The position numbers were made by a program, and so were the translations under genes. Source: Macrostomum lignano (Eukaryota). From it: a DNA stretch of 64,000 nucleotides. The notes under the pieces are model-generated. The model saw nothing but the letters and a program-made list of their open reading frames with translations, was not told the DNA's origin and searched no databases. Positions 1 through 10,864 of the stretch are shown here, in pieces. The DNA lies in contig NIVC01001382.1 of assembly GCA_002269645.1 (NCBI GenBank), positions 62,001-126,000 on the forward strand. The letters run 5' to 3'. The stretch's first letter is position 1. The number at the start of each line of letters is the position of its first letter.

Positions 1-453
1 TGTACTGCTATTCAGAATGTGCAATCATTGCTGAAAATGTATAAAGTAAACTGTGTATCATATATAGCAGTTTAGGTATTGAGTTAGAACATTAAGATAA
101 AATGTATAAACAATAGTTCTAGCAATAATTCAAATAAAAAATCTAAGCAAAATAGTTCAAAATAAGTATTAACAATAAAATTATATTATATAACTCTAAT
201 TCTAATATCTCTATGACTTAATCTTCCATGAAATATAATTAGGCACTAGTGCTTATAATTGCTTTATGAAATATATTGAAATTCAGTAAAAATACTAAGA
301 TAAAAAGTGTTTTAATAGTAACATTTTATGTTTTAAAAGATATTGTCCCAGGGCTCTTAATTATTCTTTTGTTTAGTCTTACTTGCTACCACCAAAGTTG
401 TTGTAGGGCTATTTCTTCTTAACAATCCTACTGGTTATTAATTTCATACATGC

Positions 454-616
454 GCAACCTCGGGAATCACCTGGCCGTTTCTATTGGCAATACACTATAA
501 GTCGTAAGTGGTAAGTCGCTATTGGCTGAGAGCAGTCACATGACTACTATTCTGTCTAATAGCGACTTACATGTGTGTGTTGCCAATAGAAACGGCCAGG
601 TGAATCCCTAGGTTGC
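454..616. mobile_element. Hairpin/MITE-like palindromic element (~163 bp)
   Basis: gcaacctcgggaatcacctggccgtttctattggcaatacac at 454 is the reverse complement (3 mismatches) of gtgtgttgccaatagaaacggccaggtgaatccctaggttgc ending at 616. An inner inverted pair (taagtcgctatt/aatagcgactta) is also present. No clear TSD. Confidence 0.7.
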
Positions 617-812
617 TCCCAAGCATGATTAATTGCCTTTCTACTGATAGCACATGTACTTCTATTGGTAGCGTATGTACTTCTATTGTACTTTCTGGCC
701 TCAGTGGTCTAATGGCACTGTCTATCCTATTCCTATACTCGTACTCCTCTAAAGATATTATTCTCTTAGCCCTGGGTGTTCCCTGGATCAGAGGGTCATA
801 GCTTATGCTCCT

Positions 813-910
813 TTTCTGCCCTGAGGCGATCTTTTCCTGCTATGAAGCATTTTCTCTGCCCTGAGGCAATCTTCTCCTGCTATGAAGCGTTTTCTCTGCC
901 CTGAGGCGAC
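813..910. repeat. 40-bp tandem repeat, ~2.5 copies
   Basis: ctgccctgagg recurs at 816, 856 and 896. Confidence 0.85.
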
Positions 911-959
911 CTGCTACTCTGTAGGTCCTTTCTACTCTTCTACTCTTCTACTCTTCTAC

Positions 960-2201
960 TCACAAGCTTCAAGCTTCATGCACAAATCTAATTTTCTACA
1001 TAATCCCCTCCAGGGTCAGATACTTCTCCATGCAGTGTCGCCATCTCTCCAGGCCATTTGTGTAGAAGGCAGGAGGCTGTGCAGCAAGCCACTGTATGGT
1101 AGCCTTCTTGGCAGCCTCTTTGCTGTCATGTCAAACTCCCTTGATCGCCTCCTTCAGCTTTGGAAACAAAAAAAAGTCTGAAGGAGCCAAATCAGGGCTG
1201 TACAGAGGATGCTGAAGTATTTCCCAGCATAAATCTCGCAGAGCCTCTTGGCACAGTCAAGAAGTGTGGGCTAGTGCATTGTTGTGGTGGAAGAGCACTC
1301 CATGGTGCAGCTTGCCAGGTCACTTTTTGGCCAGTTTGGTGCGGAGCTTTCGCAAAAGCAACTCGTAGTAGATGGCATTGATGGTTTTCTGGCTTTCTAG
1401 GAAGTCAACCATCACAACTCCCTCAGCATCCCAGAACACAGTCGCCAAGACCTTTGCTGCTGACCGCTCGGCACGGAACTTCTTAGGACCCACTGAACCA
1501 CGTGGCAGCCACTCCTTAGACTGGACTTTGGACTCGGGATTGTACTGATATATCCACATTTCATCGCCGGTCACCATCGCATCCAGGCGGTTCAGCAGGC
1601 TGATGGCACATTCAGTGCGCTGAACCTGGTGTTCAGGCTGCAACAGCTGCAGTACCCAGCAGGCACTCAGCTTGCTCAGACCAAGGCTGATGGTGACAAT
1701 TGAGTGGGCACTGCCGTGAGAAATACCCACTACCTCAGCTATCTCATCAATAGTCACACAGCAATCCTGATCAATTAGCTGCTGCATAGCTGCCACATTG
1801 TCTTCTATGCTCAATGTCGTTGGCCTGCCAGACTGCTAGGCATCTTTCACGGATTCTTGGCCTTCCTTAAAGGCTTGAATCCAGTAGTAAAGCATCGGAT
1901 CAGATGGCGCAGTATCACCGTAGACCTTCTTGAAGGCCTCAATAATGTCGGCTGGCTTCTAGCCAAGTTTCACTAGAAACTTTGCATTGATGCAAGCTTT
2001 GATTTTTGAATTTTCCATGGCTGAAAGGGGTATACTGTGTTTAGAGCTTCACAAGCAGACATATATCATTCTAGAGTGACCAAAATTCTATTAAATAAAG
2101 AAGAAAAGACTATTTTTCAAATTAAACCAGTTTCACTTTGATGCACCATATATTTTAGGAATTACAACAGTATTATCATTACTTTTTGACTGACCCTCGT
2201 A
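960..2201 (-). mobile_element. Mariner element relic, one TIR retained
   Basis: Minus strand reads ta-cgagggtcagtcaaaaagt from 2201, a mariner-like TIR next to a TA dinucleotide. The matching TIR at the other end is not found. Confidence 0.75.
988..2018 (-). pseudogene. Mariner (DD34D-type) transposase, degenerate
   Basis: ATG at 2018 (MENSKIKACINAKFLVKLG*). ORF 1320-1814 contains VTGDEMW. The frameshifted C-terminus reads HPLYSPDLAPSDFFLFPKLK...GDYVEN* (stop at 988). Internal stops and a frameshift near 1320. Confidence 0.93.
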
Positions 2202-4380
2202 CTCCCAATTGGGGTTCTTACACTAGGAAATGAATAAGTCTTTAAGTCTTGCAAATAGGATTTAATAGAACTCACAAATTGCGGTAGACAAGCCTAAGGA
2301 CAGTCAGACAAGTTTTCCCAGTTGACTTCTTTAGGCCCATTCTGGGCTCCTATTTATACTAGTTGTGAAATGTATTAAAAAAATTATTTCCTGAAATGTT
2401 ATTTGAACTCACAACAGTAAAACAAAAATAATAATGACTTCTTTTTTGTGCAGATTTGAAATATGTTATTTTCCTAGAAATGCTTTATAATGTATCTAAT
2501 ACTTATATTGGAAGGTCTTTTTATTAAAACAAATACACTACATCAATATATTGTCTTTTAAATACAACAATATCAGAATGATATTTGAAGAAAAAACTTA
2601 ATAAAAGATTTACTCAATTTTAGCTCACTTTTTATTATAATATAATTGAAATAAAGAACTTATTAAAGAAAAAAAACAAGTAGGAATTTAGCTTAAAGGC
2701 AAAGTATAGTTAATAACAATAACTTGGTTTTATAGTAGCTTTAGACCCAGGAGCATTTTATTTAATTGTCAGATTACAAAGCACCCAATAATAATTTTTT
2801 TTTAAGTGGAACTCTGCTATACTACTAAATTGAGTTGAAATTTTTTTTGTAAAAAGGCTTTTACATTTGGGAAAATTATTATATTATAATACTAGCTATA
2901 CATAAATATAATTCATACTTCATAACTCATTCTTTTATTTTTTTAGGATAGATTCTATCAATTATTTTGCATTTTATTTGTACATATACTACTTTAGGTC
3001 TAGGATAACATGCCAATTTAGCTCAGTTTATGTGAAACTATTCTGGAATTTTATAATTTATCCTGCAACTAGCAGTGATTAGGTTCTTTCTGAGGTTGGA
3101 CCTTCTGTGTTATGGGCCATTCCATATAAATAAGGTCATAACATTTACAGATAAAATTCAAAGTTACACTGTCAAAAATAGTGTTATGTCATGACTATTT
3201 GGTCCTAAAATGCTTAAAAATCTGAAGCATTTTTTAGTCAGTGAACTAATACATGACCAAAGAAAAGGATGAATAAAAGACAATCATGAACTTGAATTTA
3301 AGGCTACCTGGTGTCAAAAAATGGTCCAAATGACCTCCTGAAATCAGAGTCCTCTGGTACCCATTATGTACAAAGTTTTATAGTCAAAATGACGTCCATT
3401 CACTACTGACGCGGGACTATTTTAGTACAGGAAAATTTGTCTTCTATTCTACTATTAGTAGAATATGAAACATTTTTTCGTTACATTACCCACATTTGCA
3501 TTCAGGATTTTATAGGTCCAATTAGAAAATGACTTGGGATATTGATGTCTAGAAATATTTTCTTCCCTAGTATGGTACGTGTTTAGGGTTGGTTGCTGAA
3601 ACTTATTTATTTTTATTTCAATTTTTAGCTGCCAGCAAAGGTAAACCACTTCTGGCCAACAAAATATTTTATGGTATAAAAATATTAATACAAGTACAAA
3701 TGCTTACAAGCAAATGTACTTATTACCAGGAAAGCAAATAGGCAACATTTTTAATGATAGGAAATAAGATCAAATAAAGCACAGATTAAAGGTTACTAAA
3801 AAAGTTACTAAACTGACTAGAAATACACTACAGCTACAGTAAAATTTAAACATGTCGCCCAACAAGTTGTTACTAAGCAAAATACATAAAAAAACTGGAA
3901 AAAATGAAGCAAACGCATGAGTAGAATGCATGAGGGCGGCTTCTGGAACAAATCTGCATTCTTCTCCCCATGGGCCAAGCCTGCGCATCTATAGTTTCTT
4001 TTATATTCTGCTTGAGAAATCAGAGGCATTTTAAAAAGAGAATAAAGTGAGACAAAAACTAGTTTATATCCAAAAGATAGTATATTTTTATTCAAAGAGT
4101 TGTTCTATCCAAATTACAATAGCATAAAATTTATCGGTTAATCCAAACTGTATGAAACTATAGCGTAATCACATACTTGTAGCTAATCATATATAGTCTT
4201 GTGCGTGTTTATGCTTGTTGATTGCCAAAGACTACTCATACCGCCCACATATCTTACAGTCCTAAAAGATCTAGAGAGCCTAGGTGCGCGGTCATATGTT
4301 AAAATCTTAAATATACTTGCTTTTGGTTCAATCTTAAGCTTAGCTTGTAGCAAACTTGCTACAAAACCACCCGTGGAATT

Positions 4381-4872
4381 TCATCCACTGTGAAAGCGGA
4401 GGCGATTCAGATTCTCTGGGGCGTCCTCCATTTCTACGTCATCATAATCTGGTAGCTCTTCTGCTCCACTAGGATGTCTAGTACCTCCTCCAGAATGTCC
4501 AGTACCTCCACCAGAATGTCCAGTACCTCCACCAGAGTGTCCAGTTCCTCCACCAGAATGTCCAGTGGTAACGGTGTCGTATGGTGGTGGAGATCGTTCT
4601 TGTTCTTCTTGAACGGTAATTGCAGCGTCGACCATATTTCGGTATTTGATGGCGTTATGGGACTCCATGCGTTTATGTTTCAGAAAGAGACCTAAATGTT
4701 TAAGTAGTTGTTCCTCATTGACGAATGAATAAAATGTGTCCATGCCCTCTAGAATACTCAGGTCAACCTTTAGGATACTTCGATTATTAAGTGACCTGAT
4801 GATTTTTAGGGTCTTCTCCTTGTTTTTCCTAGCCTCGTTGTATCGCTTTTTGAGTTCATTAGCAGACGGCAT
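4381..4872 (-). CDS. Polinton accessory ORF, 163 aa, with (GHSGGGT)n repeat; function unknown
   Basis: Open from ATG 4872 (MPSANELKKRYNEARK...). A 21-nt tandem repeat at about 4475-4565 encodes GHSGGGT. Transcribed divergently from pPolB. Confidence 0.6.
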   Translation of the reverse strand: MPSANELKKRYNEARKNKEKTLKIIRSLNNRSILKVDLSILEGMDTFYSFVNEEQLLKHLGLFLKHKRMESHNAIKYRNMVDAAITVQEEQERSPPPYDTVTTGHSGGGTGHSGGGTGHSGGGTGHSGGGTRHPSGAEELPDYDDVEMEDAPENLNRLRFHSG

Positions 4873-5014
4873 TGTGATGCTAGTTGAGCTAAATTCTAAA
4901 CGTAAAACGAAAACTAAAACCAAAACCAAAACCTGCGAATTTATGGCAGCCGGCGTGGCAAAAAATTCATGTAATTCAAAAAATAACATGAAACTAGTGA
5001 CTGCTGAAAAACCC

Positions 5015-6815
5015 ATGGAAAACCCTCTTGCAACAAGGTACTACCTAGTAGGTTTTTTAATTGGAGATGGGATGCTTTGGAAAGCCCAATTAATGATACC
5101 ACCGCAAACATCTACGACTATAAAGACAGCATCCAATCAGTTGTTGATCACACACTCAAAACACGCAAGACCTTTAAACTACAGATATCATTCAAGATTG
5201 CGTTTTATATGCCTGCAAAACCCACTGAGCATCTCGAGTATTACATGACAACAAAGGCAAAGCCATTCACCCCTACATACACACTGGATCCTTTCCTTCA
5301 AGATGTCACTAAGAAAATTGAAGCGTTTACATCCATAGGTTCCGGATGGGTCGTAGGAGGGATTCAAAGAGCGACTGTTATGGTCATGAAATATGACCCA
5401 CTTAAAGCCTCCTCTTATATAGAGCTCCCGCATAAGCTTGCCGACAAAAAAGCTTGCATAAATGTTAAAAATAAAGACAATTGCTGTGCTCTATGGGCAG
5501 TTCTCTCTGCACTTCTTCATGATAGTGTCCTTCACCACCCCGAAAGAACCTCAAATTATCAAATTTATTTTAACGACTATCTTATCAAATGCGAAAAGAA
5601 GGGGGTCAGGTTTGACAAAGGAGGCTTGGCGATCTCGCAGATTTCAAAGCTAGAAGAAGTGTTTAATAACAAAATTAGAATCACAGTCTTTAAGTGGAGT
5701 GAAAAAACTGAGAAAGTTCAACCAGTCAGATGTAGCAAAGACGTTTTAGATCCTGAGGGGAAAAGGTGGACTGAAGTGGATCTTCTAGTGATTGGTAATT
5801 TACTAGAGGAGGCTCACTATGTTTGGATTAAATATCTTTCAAGACTCATTCACAAGCAGTTGAATAATCATCACGAGGCTGTTTCCATCTGCCGCTTGTG
5901 CTTTAAGCATTACAGTAGACCTGAACGTTTTGAAAAAAACTAGCAGAGCATGAATTATCATATGAGGATCACCCGACCAACTGCTCTCTTCCTTCAGCTG
6001 AAGAGAAGTATCTCCGGTTTAAGAACTATCACAAGATGGAGAAGCTCCCATTTGTTGTATATGCTGATTTCGAATGCTCAATCATGCCAGAAACTCAAAA
6101 ACAAACTCAAACTCAAAAACATGTCCCCAATTCAGTGGCATATGCCTTTATTACTACAAAGGGACTTGATGAGTATAATTATTTCTTTGGAGAGGAGTGT
6201 GTTGAGCAGTTTATTGCCAGAATGTTAGAGTTGCAAAAAGTGATTAGCACCCTTCAACCTGTTCCAATAATGATGACTGAGGAGGATGAAAGCAATTTCC
6301 TATCAGCAACTCATTGCCACATCTGCAGGAAACAGTTAACTTGCACTGATATTAAAAACCCCATCGTTAGGGACCACTGCCACTATACTGGGAAATTTAG
6401 AGGTGCAGCGCATAACACCTGTAATCTAAAGCTAAAATCGAACATTCATGATCTAACGATATTTTGTCACAACGCAAAGAACTATGACATGCATTTAATA
6501 GTTGAAAAAATCGGCATGATTCCAGACATACACCTTGACTGCATCGCAGAGAACAAGAAGTTTAAGTGTGTTGATATTAAACAGGATAATTCAGGTAAAT
6601 GTATCGGTTCGACTGAATGATTCATATCAATTTCTAGCTGCCAGTCTAGACGAACCAAGCATGAATCTAAAATATGAACAATGTACAGATACAAATATGT
6701 TTGCAAGTAAAATTAACAACAGTGATGAATCATTTAAACTTTTAAGAAAGAAAGGCTTCTACCCCTATGAGAATATTACTGGTTATCACGTATTTAAAGA
6801 AGGTTTGTGTGTAAG
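5015..6815 (+). pseudogene. Protein-primed DNA polymerase B (Polinton type), N-terminal and exonuclease half, frameshifted and 3'-truncated
   Basis: ORFs 5077-5943, 6036-6620 and 6535-6840 carry SSYIELP..KKACINVKN.D..C, ExoI VYADFE, an endonuclease-VII-like CHIC...RDHCHYTGKFRGAAHNTCN, ExoII HNAKNYD, DSYQFL and KGFYPYE. Sequence switches to terminal repeats near 6815, before the polymerase motifs. Confidence 0.88.
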
Positions 6816-7161
6816 ATGTAGGACACTTGTTATGCTCTGATTCTGTCGTGGAAGGATGATAGGTTAGGAGGATTTTGTTTGAAGTTTTCGGAACAAGTGT
6901 GACCCCTTTTTTCTGATTCAGGGATAATATGGATGGATTTAATGGGATTATGTTCGAAGTTTTCGGAGCAAGTAGGACACGTGTTATACTCTGATTCTGT
7001 CAGGGATAATATGGATGGATTTAATAGGATTATGTTCAAAGTTTTCGGAGCAAGTGCGACCCCCCTTTTTCTGATTCTGTCGGAGATAATATGGATGAAT
7101 TTAATGGGATTATAGAGGACATGAAAAATTTTGTCCCAGAAGCCCCCTCATGCATTCTACC
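6815..7161. repeat. Polinton right-terminal repeat array (~70-75-bp imperfect units)
   Basis: Repeated gataatatggatggatttaatgggattatg blocks ending in cccagaagccccctcatgcattctac. The same array and end occur at 57095-57373. Confidence 0.8.
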
Positions 7162-8071
7162 AGCATGGCTTTTAAAATCTGTCTGTTTAAAATCATTGTC
7201 GCTACCGGAACTACTTATTCTTCGACGCCGTTGCTGCTGATGCCGAGCCGCATCTGGCTGTTGGTGCCCAGCCGGCTGCTGATGCGCAGTAGCATACGGC
7301 TGCTGATGATGATGCCCAGTCACCTCAGGTCCTACTGTCCTTGGCGGCTTCTCTTTCTGAAGCGTGCTTCAGTGGGTCTCGAATCGCACCCTCTACCTCA
7401 GCCTTGGAGGGCCTCTGTCTCTCATCAGGGTAGAGATCCTCAACAGCGTCTGCAGGTTGTGATTGGATGAATGGATTTGGTTTGTTAATTCGCCAACAGA
7501 CCTCCGAGGAAAACAGCAACGATATTCAAAAAACGAGAACAAGAAGGGATACAGAAAAGAATTAAATCATAGGTGGGGAAGCATTGAGAAACTGTCTGTG
7601 TATTTAGAAAGCCATTAATTTGATGTTGCGAGCCGATGGTAACTCACCAATAAAAACTGATGGCATTTCGGAACGCCAAGGCAGAGTCACTTAGACGCAA
7701 GTGAGGGTGCTGCGCAATTACTCGCGCCGACATGTTTCGGCCCGACCAATTTACGAGGCATTGCATCGACGCAGAAAGGCACTTCTCCAGCATGCGCTTG
7801 CAGTTGTCGTGCACTGACGAACCTCGACATCCACTTAGACTCGAGACCTGGTAAGTAAAGTTTTGGTTGTCGATAGTTGACGTTGAAAGATTTTGCTAAT
7901 TTTTAAAGTGTTTTAAGATTAAAAAAGCGCTCAAAAATTTACAAAAAATAATTATAAAATAATTCAAATTTCCTTCGCTTTTTGCACACTACTATTTTTA
8001 GTAGTTTACGTAGTATATACCGTATTCCTGTCAATAGCTGAAAATCATTGCAGTCATTAGTTCAAGTCTAT

Positions 8072-8284
8072 TTATCCAAGCATTAAGTGTCTCACCAGAC
8101 GGCTCTGCTCAAGTTGAGATGCAGAGATGAAGCGGATGTAGTCCTGCCAAGAGTTTATTTGCTCAAAAACTCTTCGAGAACCCGCATCTGCAGCTGCAGC
8201 AGTCAATAACCTGTTATCGGACAGCTGGCAAAGTAGCCGCCCCTGAGCCGTGACTTGCGCCGAGAGGCCTTCGATCTGAGCCCG
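8072..8284 (-). pseudogene. Probable downstream part of the CACTA-like partner gene interrupted at 18267
   Basis: Reads RAQIEGLSAQVTAQGRLLCQL...RHLMLG on the minus strand. It abuts the truncated Gypsy at 8285 and continues the reading that stops at ...LTNEL (18268). The link is an inference. Confidence 0.4.
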
Positions 8285-8286
8285 GG

Positions 8287-9465
8287 ATGCGGCGGAAGGC
8301 CCCATTGGAGCCGATTCCCAGCAGCCATGTGTTTGAAAGAGTGATGGTGGATTTGATTGGACCACTGCCAACCAGCGTCCGAGGCAACAAATACATACTG
8401 ACGATGCAGGACGCGTTCAGTAAGTGGCCAGTGGCAGTACCGGTGCCAGATCAGACGGCCAGCACCTGTGCAAGGGCAATGCTCGAGGAGTGGGTCTGTC
8501 ACTACGGAGCCCCAGGGACAATCCACTCGGATCAGGGAGCCAATTTCGAGTCGCAATTGATCGGCCAGCTGTGCGAAAGTCTGAATATCCGAAAGACGCG
8601 TACGACCGCCTATCACCCCTCTGGAAACGGCCAAGTGGAAAGCTTCAATAAGACGCTGACTGCAGTGATCCGGGCGCACCTGGTGAAGGAGCCGGATCAG
8701 AGGCGGTGGGACGAATTCGTTGCCCCGGCGCTCATGGCGTATCGCTCCAGTGTGCACCGCGGCACCGGCTACTCACCCTTCTTCCTTCTGCATGGTTGCG
8801 AGATGTCTCTGCCAGTTGACTTGGGAGTGGCGCGCCCACTGGACATCGAACCGTACTGCGAGGAAGTCCAGAACCTGCGGGAGACGCTCGTGGAAGCCCA
8901 TCGGGTGGTGCGTGAGAGAATAACGTCATATCAACGAGTGCAGAAAGACTGGTACGACCGGAAGGTGAAGGGTCGAGAATTCTTGGCTGGCGACGAGGTG
9001 TTCGTCTACAACCCCGTGTTGAAGGCCGGTGCCAAAGCGAAGCTCCACTCACCCTGGACCGGACCTGCCGTAGTTCTCGAGAAGCTGTCGGAGACGCGCT
9101 ATAGGATTCGACAGGAAGGTCGACGGAAGCCGATCAAGGTGGTGCACTTTAACAACCTCCTGCCTCGGTACCGGAAGTACCCGGTCGACGGCACCGGTGG
9201 CCCTCGGCGTCCTGCACCAAGGAGGTACCACCCAGGTCCTGCTCAAGAGACGGAATCCGGCAGGGAGGACTCGCAGGAATCGGACGATGAGGATGAGGAG
9301 CGATGGTGGCGACATGCCGGGCGGGTTCGAGAGGAGGGAGAACCAATGGATGTGCAGCAGCCAGGAGTGCAGCCGCAGCCGGAAGCGCCAGTTGAAGTCA
9401 TCGAAGGTCGACCCCAGAGGGATCGAAGGGTTCCGCAGCGTTATGGAACGCCCGTTTATTATTAA
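8287..9465 (+). CDS. Gypsy integrase catalytic core and C-terminal domain (pol remnant lacking the HHCC N-terminus)
   Basis: VMVDLIGP, IHSDQGANFES, TTAYHPSGNGQVESFN (D-D35-E spacing) and a C-terminal SPWTGP motif. Open for 392 aa. Confidence 0.95.
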   Translation: MRRKAPLEPIPSSHVFERVMVDLIGPLPTSVRGNKYILTMQDAFSKWPVAVPVPDQTASTCARAMLEEWVCHYGAPGTIHSDQGANFESQLIGQLCESLNIRKTRTTAYHPSGNGQVESFNKTLTAVIRAHLVKEPDQRRWDEFVAPALMAYRSSVHRGTGYSPFFLLHGCEMSLPVDLGVARPLDIEPYCEEVQNLRETLVEAHRVVRERITSYQRVQKDWYDRKVKGREFLAGDEVFVYNPVLKAGAKAKLHSPWTGPAVVLEKLSETRYRIRQEGRRKPIKVVHFNNLLPRYRKYPVDGTGGPRRPAPRRYHPGPAQETESGREDSQESDDEDEERWWRHAGRVREEGEPMDVQQPGVQPQPEAPVEVIEGRPQRDRRVPQRYGTPVYY

Positions 9466-9492
9466 GAGCGGACGTGAGTGCGTGCGCAATGT

Positions 9493-9690
9493 CGCGTCAT
9501 CTCCTGCGTCATAAATAATTGGTTCGAAGCATCATCCGCGTCATCTCCTGCGTCATAAATAATTGGTTCGAAGCATCATCCGCGTCATCTCCTGCGTCAT
9601 AAATAATTGGTTCGAAGCATCATCCGCGTCATCTCCTGCGTCATCAACATTTGGTTCGAAGCATCGTCTGCGTCATCACCCGCGTTATTG
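9493..9690. repeat. 44-bp tandem repeat, ~4.5 copies; candidate internal promoter/enhancer
   Basis: Units start at 9493, 9537, 9581 and 9625. Each carries gcgtca twice, and the first three carry cataaata. The array lies just upstream of the accessory ORF. The regulatory role is inferred. Confidence 0.85.
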
Positions 9691-9886
9691 AAAACTGGGC
9701 TCGTGTTATTGCCTCTGCTTCACAAACAAAAATATATATTTCCCCTCTTAAGGCCCGTCAGTGGAGGTCCCACCTGCCCAACCCTGCCATCAGGGATGAA
9801 GGATCGGCGCCCCAAAGAGGCTCGAAGGAACCATTGCCCTGCTCTCAAAAGTGAGTCGTGGTTGTTGCAGGCACTGCTTTCCGGGC

Positions 9887-10738
9887 ATGGACCTCTACGC
9901 CGAGTTTGGTGTCAGCCCCTTCGCGACGGAGGAGGAGCTGCGACGTGCGTACCGCCGTGAGAGCCTGCATTTCCAGAATTTCCAGAGGCTGCAGCATGCG
10001 AGTGCGGTCCTGCTGTGTCCGTTTCGACGAGCGCTGTACGACCGGTTCGGGCAGGATGCCGTTAGCAACCCGCTCGAGTGCGCCCGGTATTTTGTCCCGC
10101 CGGATGGGATGTGCGTCCCGGAGGAGTTTGTCGTAACGATTGAAGACGAAACAGAAGAGTCAGACGAGGACAGGGAGTCGGAAGGAAGCGAGCGTGGTGG
10201 TTGCGGCGGCGAGGAGACTGCTCAGAGCTGCTATGAAATCACGCAGTCAGAGGAAGAAGAGCTCTTGAATGAATTCGACGGCGAAACTTCGATGTCAGAA
10301 GACGAACCGGAGCTCGTCATCGACCAACGGGAGTCGCCAGCGTGGCTGATGAGGAGCGAGCCGAGTACCGAGGTGGAATACACCTGGAGCGGGGAGGCAA
10401 CGCAGCGAAGAGCTCGAATCCGGTCGGAGCTTCGGCACGCTTTGTTGTCGGGGAGTCCAGCTGCGATGTTCCGGCTTTTGACTGAAATGGTGGGACTGTG
10501 CGGCAGCGAGCGGCTGGATCATCGACGCGAAATCGCCGAGCTTTTGGCTCAGACTGTCAAGTTCATTCTCCGTGACATCAGCGCCAAGTGTCGGGGTCAT
10601 GCTCGGCGTGTCTGGCGGCGGCCTGCCTTCAAGCGAAGCACTCGGTTCGTCATGAGTGTTGCGATCCCTCAGTTTGAACTAATCGACGGAGGACGCGTGT
10701 TGGGGTTGTTGCGCCGGGCGGCGGAGGTGGCGGTCTAG
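9887..10738 (+). CDS. Accessory ORF (283 aa) with N-terminal J-domain-like region lacking HPD, acidic linker and helical C-terminus
   Basis: MDLYAEFGVSPFATEEELRRAYRRESLHFQNFQRLQHASAVLLCPFRRALYDRFG follows the DnaJ helix I-IV pattern (DYY.ILGV...A...EI..AYR...F..I..AY.VL.D...RA.YD.FG). HFQ stands where HPD is expected. Confidence 0.7.
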   Translation: MDLYAEFGVSPFATEEELRRAYRRESLHFQNFQRLQHASAVLLCPFRRALYDRFGQDAVSNPLECARYFVPPDGMCVPEEFVVTIEDETEESDEDRESEGSERGGCGGEETAQSCYEITQSEEEELLNEFDGETSMSEDEPELVIDQRESPAWLMRSEPSTEVEYTWSGEATQRRARIRSELRHALLSGSPAAMFRLLTEMVGLCGSERLDHRREIAELLAQTVKFILRDISAKCRGHARRVWRRPAFKRSTRFVMSVAIPQFELIDGGRVLGLLRRAAEVAV

Positions 10739-10864
10739 GGGGTTCTGGGCAGGATGCCAGGGCGGGCAAGAGACCTTCACTCCTTCATTTCATCCCATCT
10801 CTCATCTGATCGTCGTTGTGATCCCTCTGTTTGGCACTGGGAGCGGCCCCGAAGGAAGGGCGGG

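Larger units (their letters stand above)
3920..7161. mobile_element. Internally deleted Polinton/Maverick with both termini and 6-bp TSD
   Basis: Left end agtagaatgcatgagggcggcttctggaacaaa (3920-3952) matches the reverse complement of 7130-7161 at about 30/33. Flanks are cgcatg (3914-3919) and agcatg (7162-7167). Contains a pPolB fragment. Confidence 0.8.

Noticed and set aside
9493-9690. Regular repeats as a possible CRISPR array (also considered for 46481-46797 and 35655-36015)
   Set aside because: Units are head-to-tail with no unique spacers, there are no cas genes, and the context is eukaryotic.
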